Source: Candidatus Azosocius agrarius
GTDB taxonomy: Bacteria; Pseudomonadota; Gammaproteobacteria; UBA6186; Azoamicaceae
Direction of reading: 5' to 3'
NCBI GenBank assembly: GCA_016432505.1
Contig: CP066692.1
Coordinates: 308,632 to 332,631, forward strand
DNA length: 24,000 bases
Below are positions 1 through 7,026 of this stretch, in pieces. The number at the start of each line of letters is the position of its first letter. The stretch's first letter is position 1. The notes beneath the pieces were generated by a model that ran no database searches, was not told the origin of the DNA, and saw nothing but the letters and a program-made list of their open reading frames with translations. Made by a program: the position numbers and the translations under genes.

Positions 1-528
1 ATTAAAATAAAATAAATTAGGCTTAAAACATATTAATGTTCCTCTATTATAAGTTTTAGAAATTTTTAATAATTCTGAAAAATTGTAACCATATTTATAA
101 TCCTGTCTATAAATATATCCATTTTTATATATACAAACATACATATATTCCGATAAAGCATTTACAACAGAAACACCAACTCCATGAAGCCCACTAGAAA
201 TTTTGTATACATTATTATCAAATTTTGCACCAGAATGCAAAGTCGTCATAATAACTTCAACAGCAGTTTTTTCTTCAAAAATATGAAACTCTACAGGAAT
301 TCCTCTTCCATTATCTTTTATCGTAACACTATTATTGGAATTTATGACTATATCAATAACATTACAATGCCCAACCAAGGCTTCATCCATAGAATTGTCT
401 ACAATTTCAAATATTAATCTATGAAGCCCAGTATTGTCTCCTGTATTTCCTATATACATTCCTGGTCTTTTTTTTACACCTTCAAGTCCTTTTAAAACTT
501 TAATATTAGAAGAATTATAAACAGTCAT
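1..528 (-). CDS. gyrB: DNA gyrase subunit B, N-terminal 176 codons (gene continues beyond the left edge of the window)
   Basis: Absent from the ORF track because it is truncated. Hand translation of the minus strand from the ATG (complement of 526-528) gives MTVYNSSNIKVLKGLEGVKKRPGMYIGNTGDNTGLHRLIFEIVDNSMDEALVGHCN...IKDNGRGIPV...SGLHGVGVSVVNALS..., the GHKL ATPase N-terminus of GyrB. The frame stays open to position 1. It lies downstream of dnaA-dnaN. Confidence 0.9.
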   Translation of the reverse strand, partial: MTVYNSSNIKVLKGLEGVKKRPGMYIGNTGDNTGLHRLIFEIVDNSMDEALVGHCNVIDIVINSNNSVTIKDNGRGIPVEFHIFEEKTAVEVIMTTLHSGAKFDNNVYKISSGLHGVGVSVVNALSEYMYVCIYKNGYIYRQDYKYGYNFSELLKISKTYNRGTLICFKPNLFYFN

Positions 529-571
529 ACTAGCCTTACTCTTAACTATAAAAAAAACATACAATATTATA

Positions 572-1738
572 TTACAATTTTATTGGCATTAAAACATAAA
601 TATTATCATTAGTATTTCTAAGATTTTCTATTTTAAAAGTATCCATAAGCTCATGATTCAAGTTATAATCACAAGGTTCAATAAAAACAGCACTTTTAAA
701 ATCTGAAATTATTATTAACACAAATTCAGATAAAATTGCATTAAAAATATCTATAATATATTTGGCATTAAATGCAATAGTAATATTCTTTCCATTATAA
801 AAAAAATTTTCCATTTTATCTTCAGCAAATTCTTTAATATTTGTATAGGATGATAAACTAAGAATTTTATTTACTAAACTCATTTTAACAACACAATCTA
901 TCCTCTTTTCTAAAATACTTACTCTTAAAAAAATATTTAAAATATCTTTTTTATTACAAATTAAATAATCGCCAATGATATTAGATATTATAGTATCATA
1001 TGCAGGATATTTGCCAATCAAAAGACAAGTTTTTACAATAATATTTTTTGTAATAAATTTAATAAAATTTCCACAAATAATAATTTTAATAATTTCATAT
1101 TTCTGAAAAATATTTATTACATCGCTGAAATTTTTTCCCGAAATTATAATTTGCTTTATAAAATTAGAATTATCTAATAAATTTAATTTATACATTGATA
1201 ATCTATGCCCATCAGATGTTACTGCGTATAAAATATTTCCTTTTATATCAAAAAGAACTCCATTCAAATATACACGAACATCGTTTTCTGAAATAGAAAA
1301 AAAAATTTTTTTATATATTAATTGAAGTTGAATACTAGATATCATAAAAAACATACTATTATTATTATTTTCTAAATGAATATTAGAAATAAATATTTCC
1401 GAAGATAAACAAATTTTAAATTTCAAATATTTAACATTTATTAATAATTCTTCATTTATTTTTTTTAATTCTATAAATTCATTATTTGGTATAACTTTAA
1501 TTATGCTAATTAACTTTTTTAAAGATACACTTAAAATTCCATCTTCATAAACATTACTTAAAAAAAATGTATATATAATTTCTAAAGATTTATTTACAGA
1601 AAAAATCATAAGTTTCTTTGCACATACTTGAAATAACACACAATGATCATTTGATTTATCCCCAATAGATCTGTCAATAGCGCATGACATTATTTTTAAA
1701 ATATAATCTAAATTTTCTTTATCAATAATAAATCTCAT
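572..1738 (-). CDS. dnaN: DNA polymerase III beta sliding clamp (highly diverged)
   Basis: A 388-aa ORF lies directly between dnaA and gyrB. Its length and ends fit the beta clamp: N-terminus MRFIIDKENLDYIL..., C-terminus ...YVLMPIKL (compare the conserved ...MPMRL). The rest is strongly I/K/N/F-biased, so the call rests largely on synteny. Confidence 0.85.
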   Translation of the reverse strand: MRFIIDKENLDYILKIMSCAIDRSIGDKSNDHCVLFQVCAKKLMIFSVNKSLEIIYTFFLSNVYEDGILSVSLKKLISIIKVIPNNEFIELKKINEELLINVKYLKFKICLSSEIFISNIHLENNNNSMFFMISSIQLQLIYKKIFFSISENDVRVYLNGVLFDIKGNILYAVTSDGHRLSMYKLNLLDNSNFIKQIIISGKNFSDVINIFQKYEIIKIIICGNFIKFITKNIIVKTCLLIGKYPAYDTIISNIIGDYLICNKKDILNIFLRVSILEKRIDCVVKMSLVNKILSLSSYTNIKEFAEDKMENFFYNGKNITIAFNAKYIIDIFNAILSEFVLIIISDFKSAVFIEPCDYNLNHELMDTFKIENLRNTNDNIYVLMPIKL

Positions 1739-1748
1739 ATTTATCTCA

Positions 1749-3095
1749 CTAAAAAAACATTTTTTTTAAATAAATATAATCAATTAACAATTTTTCATTA
1801 ATTTTGATTAAATTTTCTATCTTTTTACAAATTTTAATATTAACATTATTTGTTATTTTAAAAAAACAATTTATATCATATATATTTTCATTTGAAAAAC
1901 GGTTACATAAATAAATTACCATATACTTTTGAAGTATTAAATTTTTAGATTTTTTTTTAGAAATAATATCAAAATACATAATTCCATAATATTGAGCAAC
2001 ACTTTTAAGAACATGTAATATAGAATATTTTTTATTTTTTTTTAAATAAAATGTATTTATTATATATTTAACCAAATTTTTAGTAATAATTTTATTAATC
2101 AAAAAAGCATAAGATAATATTTTTTTAAATATTCCAAATAATAAATTAATATTATTTGTAACATTAACAATTAATAACAAAATATCATATGAAAAATGTA
2201 TATTATAAAATAAAGCTTTATTATTTAAAATTTTAATTTTTATATTAAAATTTGGATCTTTTAATTCCAAAAAAATACCTAAAAATATTTTGTTAATGAA
2301 ATTCGTACTAAAATTTTTAATATCATAATTTTTACAAAGAGAAAAAATTATTTTTTTTTTATTTATTAATAAAAAATCTATTATAAAAACAAGTTCTTGT
2401 TGAGATTTTAATGCTTTATTTAAATAATGAATATCATCTATTATTAAAAAATCTACAAATTTATAAATTTTTCTAAATTGTTTCAAATTATTTTTATTTA
2501 AAAATAAAATTAAATTATAAATAAAATTTTTAGCATTTATAAAAATGACATTTTTATAATTAATAAAAACATAATTATAAATTGCGCTCAATAAATGTGT
2601 TTTTCCAGACCCAAAATTTCCATAAATAATCAAAAATAGTGTAAAAAAATTATAATTTTTTATAAAATTAATTATTATATTTTTTATTAATACATTACTT
2701 TCATCAACAAAAAAATTAAAAAAAGTATAATTTATCTTATAAGATCTTGTATAATTTAAATTTTTATTGCTCAAATATAAATTATTTTTATTAATTAAAA
2801 TAAATATATTATATTTAAAAAAAATTATGGTAAATTCATTAATTAAAAAAAAAATTTTATCTATAATAATATTTAACACATATTTATTTTTAACAATAAT
2901 ATATATATCATTGTTGCATAATTGAACTTGTATATCATAAAATATATTATTTATATTTAAATTTTTATAAATATATTTAATATATAAAATACATTTTTTC
3001 CAATAAGTATACATATATTTAATGATAAAATTAATTTTTTTTAAATAGAATAACAACATTATAAATAACAATATTTTAACTATATAATTAAACAT
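1749..3095 (-). CDS. dnaA: Chromosomal replication initiator DnaA (highly diverged)
   Basis: Walker A is GNFGSGKTHLLSAI and Walker B is FLIIDDIHYL. A domain-I-like segment ...YWKKCILYIK... is present. The gene is divergent from rpmH and followed by dnaN. The coordinates give the maximal ORF; the true start may be the ATG at 3014 (MYTYWKKC...), because the 27 upstream codons look like read-through of spacer. Confidence 0.85.
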   Translation of the reverse strand: MFNYIVKILLFIMLLFYLKKINFIIKYMYTYWKKCILYIKYIYKNLNINNIFYDIQVQLCNNDIYIIVKNKYVLNIIIDKIFFLINEFTIIFFKYNIFILINKNNLYLSNKNLNYTRSYKINYTFFNFFVDESNVLIKNIIINFIKNYNFFTLFLIIYGNFGSGKTHLLSAIYNYVFINYKNVIFINAKNFIYNLILFLNKNNLKQFRKIYKFVDFLIIDDIHYLNKALKSQQELVFIIDFLLINKKKIIFSLCKNYDIKNFSTNFINKIFLGIFLELKDPNFNIKIKILNNKALFYNIHFSYDILLLIVNVTNNINLLFGIFKKILSYAFLINKIITKNLVKYIINTFYLKKNKKYSILHVLKSVAQYYGIMYFDIISKKKSKNLILQKYMVIYLCNRFSNENIYDINCFFKITNNVNIKICKKIENLIKINEKLLIDYIYLKKMFF

Positions 3096-3224
3096 AAAAA
3101 AAAGCTAATTAATAAATATAATTTATTATTAAATATAAGTTAATTACTAGTTTATACAATTATTGTCATAATATAAAAAAATGTAATTTTTATATATAAT
3201 AAATTACATTTAATATTTGTTGAT
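3096..3224. other. Candidate replication-origin / divergent promoter spacer between dnaA and rpmH
   Basis: This is an almost pure A+T spacer at the divergence point of the minus-strand dnaA-dnaN-gyrB block and the plus-strand rpmH...atpC block. Hand-sampled plus-strand A/T counts change across it. No canonical TTATCCACA box is seen, so the assignment is positional only. Confidence 0.3.
3179..3211. repeat. Perfect 11-bp inverted repeat AAATGTAATTT-(11 nt ttatatataat)-AAATTACATTT
   Basis: I paired it base by base: 3179-3189 against 3201-3211 gives 11/11 complementary positions, including the G:C pair. It lies 14 nt upstream of the putative rpmH -35 hexamer, in the dnaA/rpmH divergent control region. 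Confidence 0.6.
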
Positions 3225-3253
3225 TTGACTTCACTTATGCTTTTTTTTATTAT
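3225..3253 (+). promoter_or_regulatory. Putative sigma70-type promoter of rpmH (-35 TTGACT, 17-bp spacer, -10 TATTAT)
   Basis: TTGACT lies at 3225-3230 and TATTAT at 3248-3253, giving exactly 17-bp spacing. The pair sits about 30 nt upstream of the rpmH ATG. -10-like hexamers are common in AT-rich DNA, but TTGAC is rare here. Confidence 0.4.
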
Positions 3254-3284
3254 CTTCTTTTCAGCTTTTTCTGGAGAACTTCTG

Positions 3285-3419
3285 ATGTCTTTGACTTTTA
3301 ATCCTAAAGTTCGTCGCTTGCTTCGCACGGCTGGGTTCCGCGCACGTATGCGCACTGCAAATGGCCGCGCTGTATTAGCACGACGTCGCGCTAAGCATCG
3401 TTTTCGTTTAGCTCGTTAA
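3285..3419 (+). CDS. rpmH: 50S ribosomal protein L34
   Basis: The 44-aa product [44 protein letters not shown] matches the universal L34 pattern (...HGFR.RM.T..GR.VL..RR.KGR..L). A GGAGA Shine-Dalgarno site at 3273-3277 lies 7 nt before the ATG at 3285. The ORF-track start at 3225 (TTG) would add a non-homologous 20-aa extension. Confidence 0.95.
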   Translation: MSLTFNPKVRRLLRTAGFRARMRTANGRAVLARRRAKHRFRLAR

Positions 3420-3429
3420 TATTTTACTT

Positions 3430-3753
3430 GTGCTCATTCCTCACCGTTGTTCACGTATTTTTTTTCGTCCAATTATTTTTGGTAAGTCTTTTTTTTCTTT
3501 TTCTTTTTTTTCTTTGCTTTTTTGTTCATCATTAACAATTAACATTTTTTTTTTATTACCAAAAACTTTATCTATTTTTTCTTTTGAACGTTCTTTATTT
3601 AGAAAAACTTTTTATTCATTTTTTTTTCTATATAATTTTTATGGATTTTCTTTATCTATGTCTTGTAATTCATATATAAATATAATTTTTTTACACAAAA
3701 AAATTTTACTTTTTTATATTTGGAAAATTTTTTATGAAAAATTTATTTATTAA
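3430..3753 (+). CDS. rnpA: Probable RNase P protein component, strongly eroded
   Basis: This GTG-initiated 107-aa ORF sits in the conserved rpmH-rnpA-yidD-yidC position. The segment LLPKTLSIFSFERSLFRKTFYSFF aligns by eye with the family motif (V/I)x(V/A)SKK....AV.RNR.KR..RE. The K, the ER and the R/K-K/R positions match, but the RNR signature itself is not conserved. Size is right (typically ~115-120 aa). It could be a decaying gene. Confidence 0.5.
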   Translation: MLIPHRCSRIFFRPIIFGKSFFSFSFFSLLFCSSLTINIFFLLPKTLSIFSFERSLFRKTFYSFFFLYNFYGFSLSMSCNSYINIIFLHKKILLFYIWKIFYEKFIY

Positions 3754-3943
3754 TTTTATAAATTTTTATAAAATTTATATAAATCCTTATTTATTACATA
3801 AATGTCGTTTTTATCCATCTTGTTCTTCTTATATTTTATTATCAATAAAAAAACTTCCTATTATTAAAGGACTTTATTTTTCTGTTAAACGAATTATTTT
3901 ATGTAATTGTTTTTCTTCAGGTGGATATGATCCTATTCCATAA
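3734..3943 (+). CDS. yidD: Membrane protein insertion efficiency factor YidD
   Basis: The sequence ...YINPYLLHKCRFYPSCSSYILLSIKK...GLYFSVKRIILCNCFSSGGYDPIP matches the YidD signature (CRF.PSCS.Y...RI.RC.P...GG.DP.P). It overlaps the rnpA 3' end by 20 nt and precedes yidC. Confidence 0.88.
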   Translation: MKNLFINFINFYKIYINPYLLHKCRFYPSCSSYILLSIKKLPIIKGLYFSVKRIILCNCFSSGGYDPIP

Positions 3944-3975
3944 TATTTTTTTATTGTATACTTGATTTTTTTTTT

Positions 3976-5640
3976 ATGGAATTTATTATGTTTATTCAAA
4001 ATATACGTTTTATTTTACTAGGTCTATTATTTGGTATATTGTTTTTATTATTTAATTATTGGCAATCTGATCATATTGATCAACCTTTAAATATTAATAA
4101 TGAAAATAATGTTAATATGTCATTTGATAATAATTATATCTCATCATTAAATATTGATAAAAATGATTTAATAGATTCATATCATACAAAAAGTATGCAA
4201 AGAGATATTAATGATATAAATATTATATCAGTAAAAACTGATTTATACAATATTAAAATTGATACTTATGGTGGTGATATTATTTTTTTAGAACTTATAA
4301 AATATCCAATTTCAGGATTTAAGAATACATCAGGGTTTATATTATTTGATACTTCAGATTTACGATATTATGTAGCTCAATGTGGGTTATTAAGTGAATA
4401 TGGCCCAGATTCTATTAAATTTGGTAAAATTAAATTTAGTTGTGAAAAAAATTTTTTTGAAATGACAGAAGAAAAATTATATATCAACTTAACATATGAA
4501 ACAGTAGATAATATAAAATTTATAAAAAGATTTTGTTTTAAACGTGATAATTATTTAATAGATGTTGAATATATTGTGCATAATGAAAGTAGTAATTGTT
4601 ATTATGGGTACATGTATGGTAGATTAAAACAAACAGAAAGAATTTTTCACGATAATTTTTTAATGATGTCTGCCAGATCTTATATTGGTGGAGCCGTATA
4701 TACTCCAAATAAACATTATAAAAAAATAAGTTTTTCTGATATGAAATCTAGTAAAAATTTTGAGCAACAAATATTTGGTGGGTGGATTGCTATGGTAGAA
4801 CATTATTTTTTAGGAGCTTGGATTCCATCACAAAATGCTGAACATATTTATTGTTCAGAAAAATATGATGAAAATACTTATGGTTTAAGATTTATTGACG
4901 TTAACCCTTTAATTGTAGAACCTGGGCATATTAATAGTATTAAATCTAGTTTATTTGCTGGCCCTGAAATTGTAGAGTCTTTAAAAAATATTTCTGATGG
5001 GTTGAGCCTAACAGTTGATTATGGTATATTATGGCCGATTGCTCAACCTATATTTTGGTTATTAAAAACGTCTTATACTTTTTCAAAAAATTGGGGATTT
5101 GCAATAATAATAACAACTTTATTTATAAAAATTTTATTTTATCAATTATCTGCTTCTAGTTATAAATCTATAGGAAAAATGAGACATTTACAACCTAGAA
5201 TAAATTTACTAAAGGAAAGTTGCGGTGAAGATAAAACTAAATTTGGAAAAGCTGTTATGGACTTATATAAACAAGAAAATGTTAATCCCTTAGGCGGATG
5301 TTTACCAATAATTGTACAAATACCAGTTTTTATATCTTTATATTATGTTTTATTAGAGAGTATTGAATTAAGACAAGCATCATTTATTTTTTGGATTAAA
5401 GATTTATCATTAAATGATCCTTATTATGTTTTACCTGTTATTATGGGAATTAGTATGTTTGTTCAACAAAAATTAAGCCCTGCTCCTCTTGATCCTATGC
5501 AAGCAAAAATGATGATGATTATGCCATTAATTTTTTCTTTTTTATGTTTTCAATTTCCATCAGGACTAGTTTTATATTGGGTGGTTAATAATTTATTATC
5601 AATTATACAACAAATATTTATTGTAAGAAAATATAGTTAA
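3976..5640 (+). CDS. yidC: Membrane protein insertase YidC
   Basis: The 554-aa product has a conserved C-terminal insertase core (...NWGFAIIITTLFIKILFYQLS...MRHLQPRINLLKE...NPLGGCLPIIVQIPVFISLYYVL...GLVLYWVVNNLLSIIQQ) and a long N-terminal periplasmic domain, as in proteobacterial YidC. An alternative ATG lies at 3988. Confidence 0.95.
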   Translation: MEFIMFIQNIRFILLGLLFGILFLLFNYWQSDHIDQPLNINNENNVNMSFDNNYISSLNIDKNDLIDSYHTKSMQRDINDINIISVKTDLYNIKIDTYGGDIIFLELIKYPISGFKNTSGFILFDTSDLRYYVAQCGLLSEYGPDSIKFGKIKFSCEKNFFEMTEEKLYINLTYETVDNIKFIKRFCFKRDNYLIDVEYIVHNESSNCYYGYMYGRLKQTERIFHDNFLMMSARSYIGGAVYTPNKHYKKISFSDMKSSKNFEQQIFGGWIAMVEHYFLGAWIPSQNAEHIYCSEKYDENTYGLRFIDVNPLIVEPGHINSIKSSLFAGPEIVESLKNISDGLSLTVDYGILWPIAQPIFWLLKTSYTFSKNWGFAIIITTLFIKILFYQLSASSYKSIGKMRHLQPRINLLKESCGEDKTKFGKAVMDLYKQENVNPLGGCLPIIVQIPVFISLYYVLLESIELRQASFIFWIKDLSLNDPYYVLPVIMGISMFVQQKLSPAPLDPMQAKMMMIMPLIFSFLCFQFPSGLVLYWVVNNLLSIIQQIFIVRKYS

Positions 5641-5655
5641 TATATTATAATATTT

Positions 5656-7023
5656 ATGAAATTATTAACTGATACAATAGTCTCCTTATCTACACCGTAT
5701 GGACAGGGTGGTATAAGCATAATTAAAATTTCTGGAAAAAAAGTTTTTTTTTTGATGGATAAAATTTTACAACAAAAAATTTATTCTCGAATTGTTGATT
5801 ATTGTTATTTCTATGATTTAAATGGCGATGTTGTTGATAAAGGTATAGTTATATTTTTTAAAGCGCCGAATTCATTTACTGGAGAAGATGTTTTAGAATT
5901 TCATTGTCATGGTGGAATTGTTATTGTTAATGTATTGCTAAAAATAGTTTTATCTTTAGGAATTAGATTAGCTTCTCCAGGGGAATTTACGCTTAGAGCT
6001 TTTTTGAAAAATAAACTTGATTTAATTCAAGCTGAAGCTATTTCACAATTAATTTTTTCCAAAACAGAAGCATCATTAGAAGCGGCATTAAAATCTTTAA
6101 ATGGTTTATTTTCTGGACATATAAGATTATTGTTAAATGATGTATCAATGTTACGTATTTATGTTGAAACAAGTATAGATTTTTCTGAAAATAATATAAA
6201 TTTATTAAAAAAAGAAGAATTTATTTATGATATATCGCGATTATTGAAAAATTTTGATATTATTATTAAAAATTCTCAAGATACTAAAAATATATCTTAT
6301 GGTGTAAATATTGTAATTTTTGGAAATGCTAATTCTGGAAAATCAACTTTAATGAATTTATTATCTAAAGAAGAAGTGTCTATTGTTGATAAATTTCCTG
6401 GAACAACAAGAGATATTATAAAATCTTTTATTATAATAGGTGGTATAAAATTTAATTTAATTGATACAGCTGGCATTAGAATGACGAATAATTTTGTTGA
6501 AATTGAAGGTATTAAAAGATCCATTAACATTGCAATTAAATCCGATTTATTATTATTGGTAATAGATTTTTCTAAACATGATAAATTAGATATTAATGTT
6601 ATTTATGATGATTTATTTTATTTCATTAATTTCAACAAAATTAATTATATAATTTTATTGAACAAATGTGATCTGTTAAATAAAAATTTATATAACAATT
6701 TTAAATATTATAATAATTTTATATTTTTTTCCGCTAAAACTGGATATGGGTTAAATAAATTAAAAAAATTAATTTTAAAAAAATTTAATTATATAAATAA
6801 TGATAATGCTATCTTTTTTGTTAATAATAGACATTTGAATAATATTAATATCTCAAAAAATCATATTAAAAATTGTATTAATTATTTAAAATATGATTAT
6901 ATGTATGATATTTTAAGTGAAGAATTACGTTTGGCTCAAGAAAATTTGATGGAAATTATAGGTGAAGGAGTAGAAGAAAGTTTTTTAGATATAATATTTT
7001 CTAAATTTTGTATAGGAAAATAA
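5656..7023 (+). CDS. mnmE: tRNA modification GTPase MnmE (TrmE)
   Basis: The GTPase motifs are present: G1 GNANSGKSTL, G2 PGTTRD, G3 DTAGIR and G4 NKCD. The C-terminal FCIGK motif is also present. Length is 455 aa and the gene follows yidC, as is canonical. Confidence 0.95.
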   Translation: MKLLTDTIVSLSTPYGQGGISIIKISGKKVFFLMDKILQQKIYSRIVDYCYFYDLNGDVVDKGIVIFFKAPNSFTGEDVLEFHCHGGIVIVNVLLKIVLSLGIRLASPGEFTLRAFLKNKLDLIQAEAISQLIFSKTEASLEAALKSLNGLFSGHIRLLLNDVSMLRIYVETSIDFSENNINLLKKEEFIYDISRLLKNFDIIIKNSQDTKNISYGVNIVIFGNANSGKSTLMNLLSKEEVSIVDKFPGTTRDIIKSFIIIGGIKFNLIDTAGIRMTNNFVEIEGIKRSINIAIKSDLLLLVIDFSKHDKLDINVIYDDLFYFINFNKINYIILLNKCDLLNKNLYNNFKYYNNFIFFSAKTGYGLNKLKKLILKKFNYINNDNAIFFVNNRHLNNINISKNHIKNCINYLKYDYMYDILSEELRLAQENLMEIIGEGVEESFLDIIFSKFCIGK

Positions 7024-7026
7024 TTT

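Noticed and set aside
184-417. 77-aa plus-strand ORF.
   Set aside because: It lies entirely antisense to the well-supported gyrB N-terminus. The product is low-complexity with no start context, so it is a shadow ORF.
529-571. Absence of recF between dnaN and gyrB, as a gene-loss scar.
   Set aside because: dnaA-dnaN-gyrB without recF is, as far as I recall, the native order in many Betaproteobacteria. This is more likely lineage signal than a reduction event. The 43-bp spacer holds no gene remnant.
3225-3284. 20-codon N-terminal extension of rpmH from a TTG start, as in the ORF track.
   Set aside because: L34 is universally ~44-46 aa. The ATG at 3285 has a GGAGA Shine-Dalgarno site 7 nt upstream. 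The TTG is better explained as part of a TTGACT -35 hexamer.
3152-3355. 67-aa minus-strand ORF rich in Arg ([15 protein letters not shown]...).
   Set aside because: Its Arg-rich part is just the antisense reading of the GC-rich rpmH codons, and the rest reads through the AT-rich dnaA-rpmH spacer. It has no homology pattern or ribosome-binding site.
6297-6530. 77-aa minus-strand ORF inside mnmE.
   Set aside because: It is antisense to the conserved G-domain of mnmE, so it is a shadow ORF.
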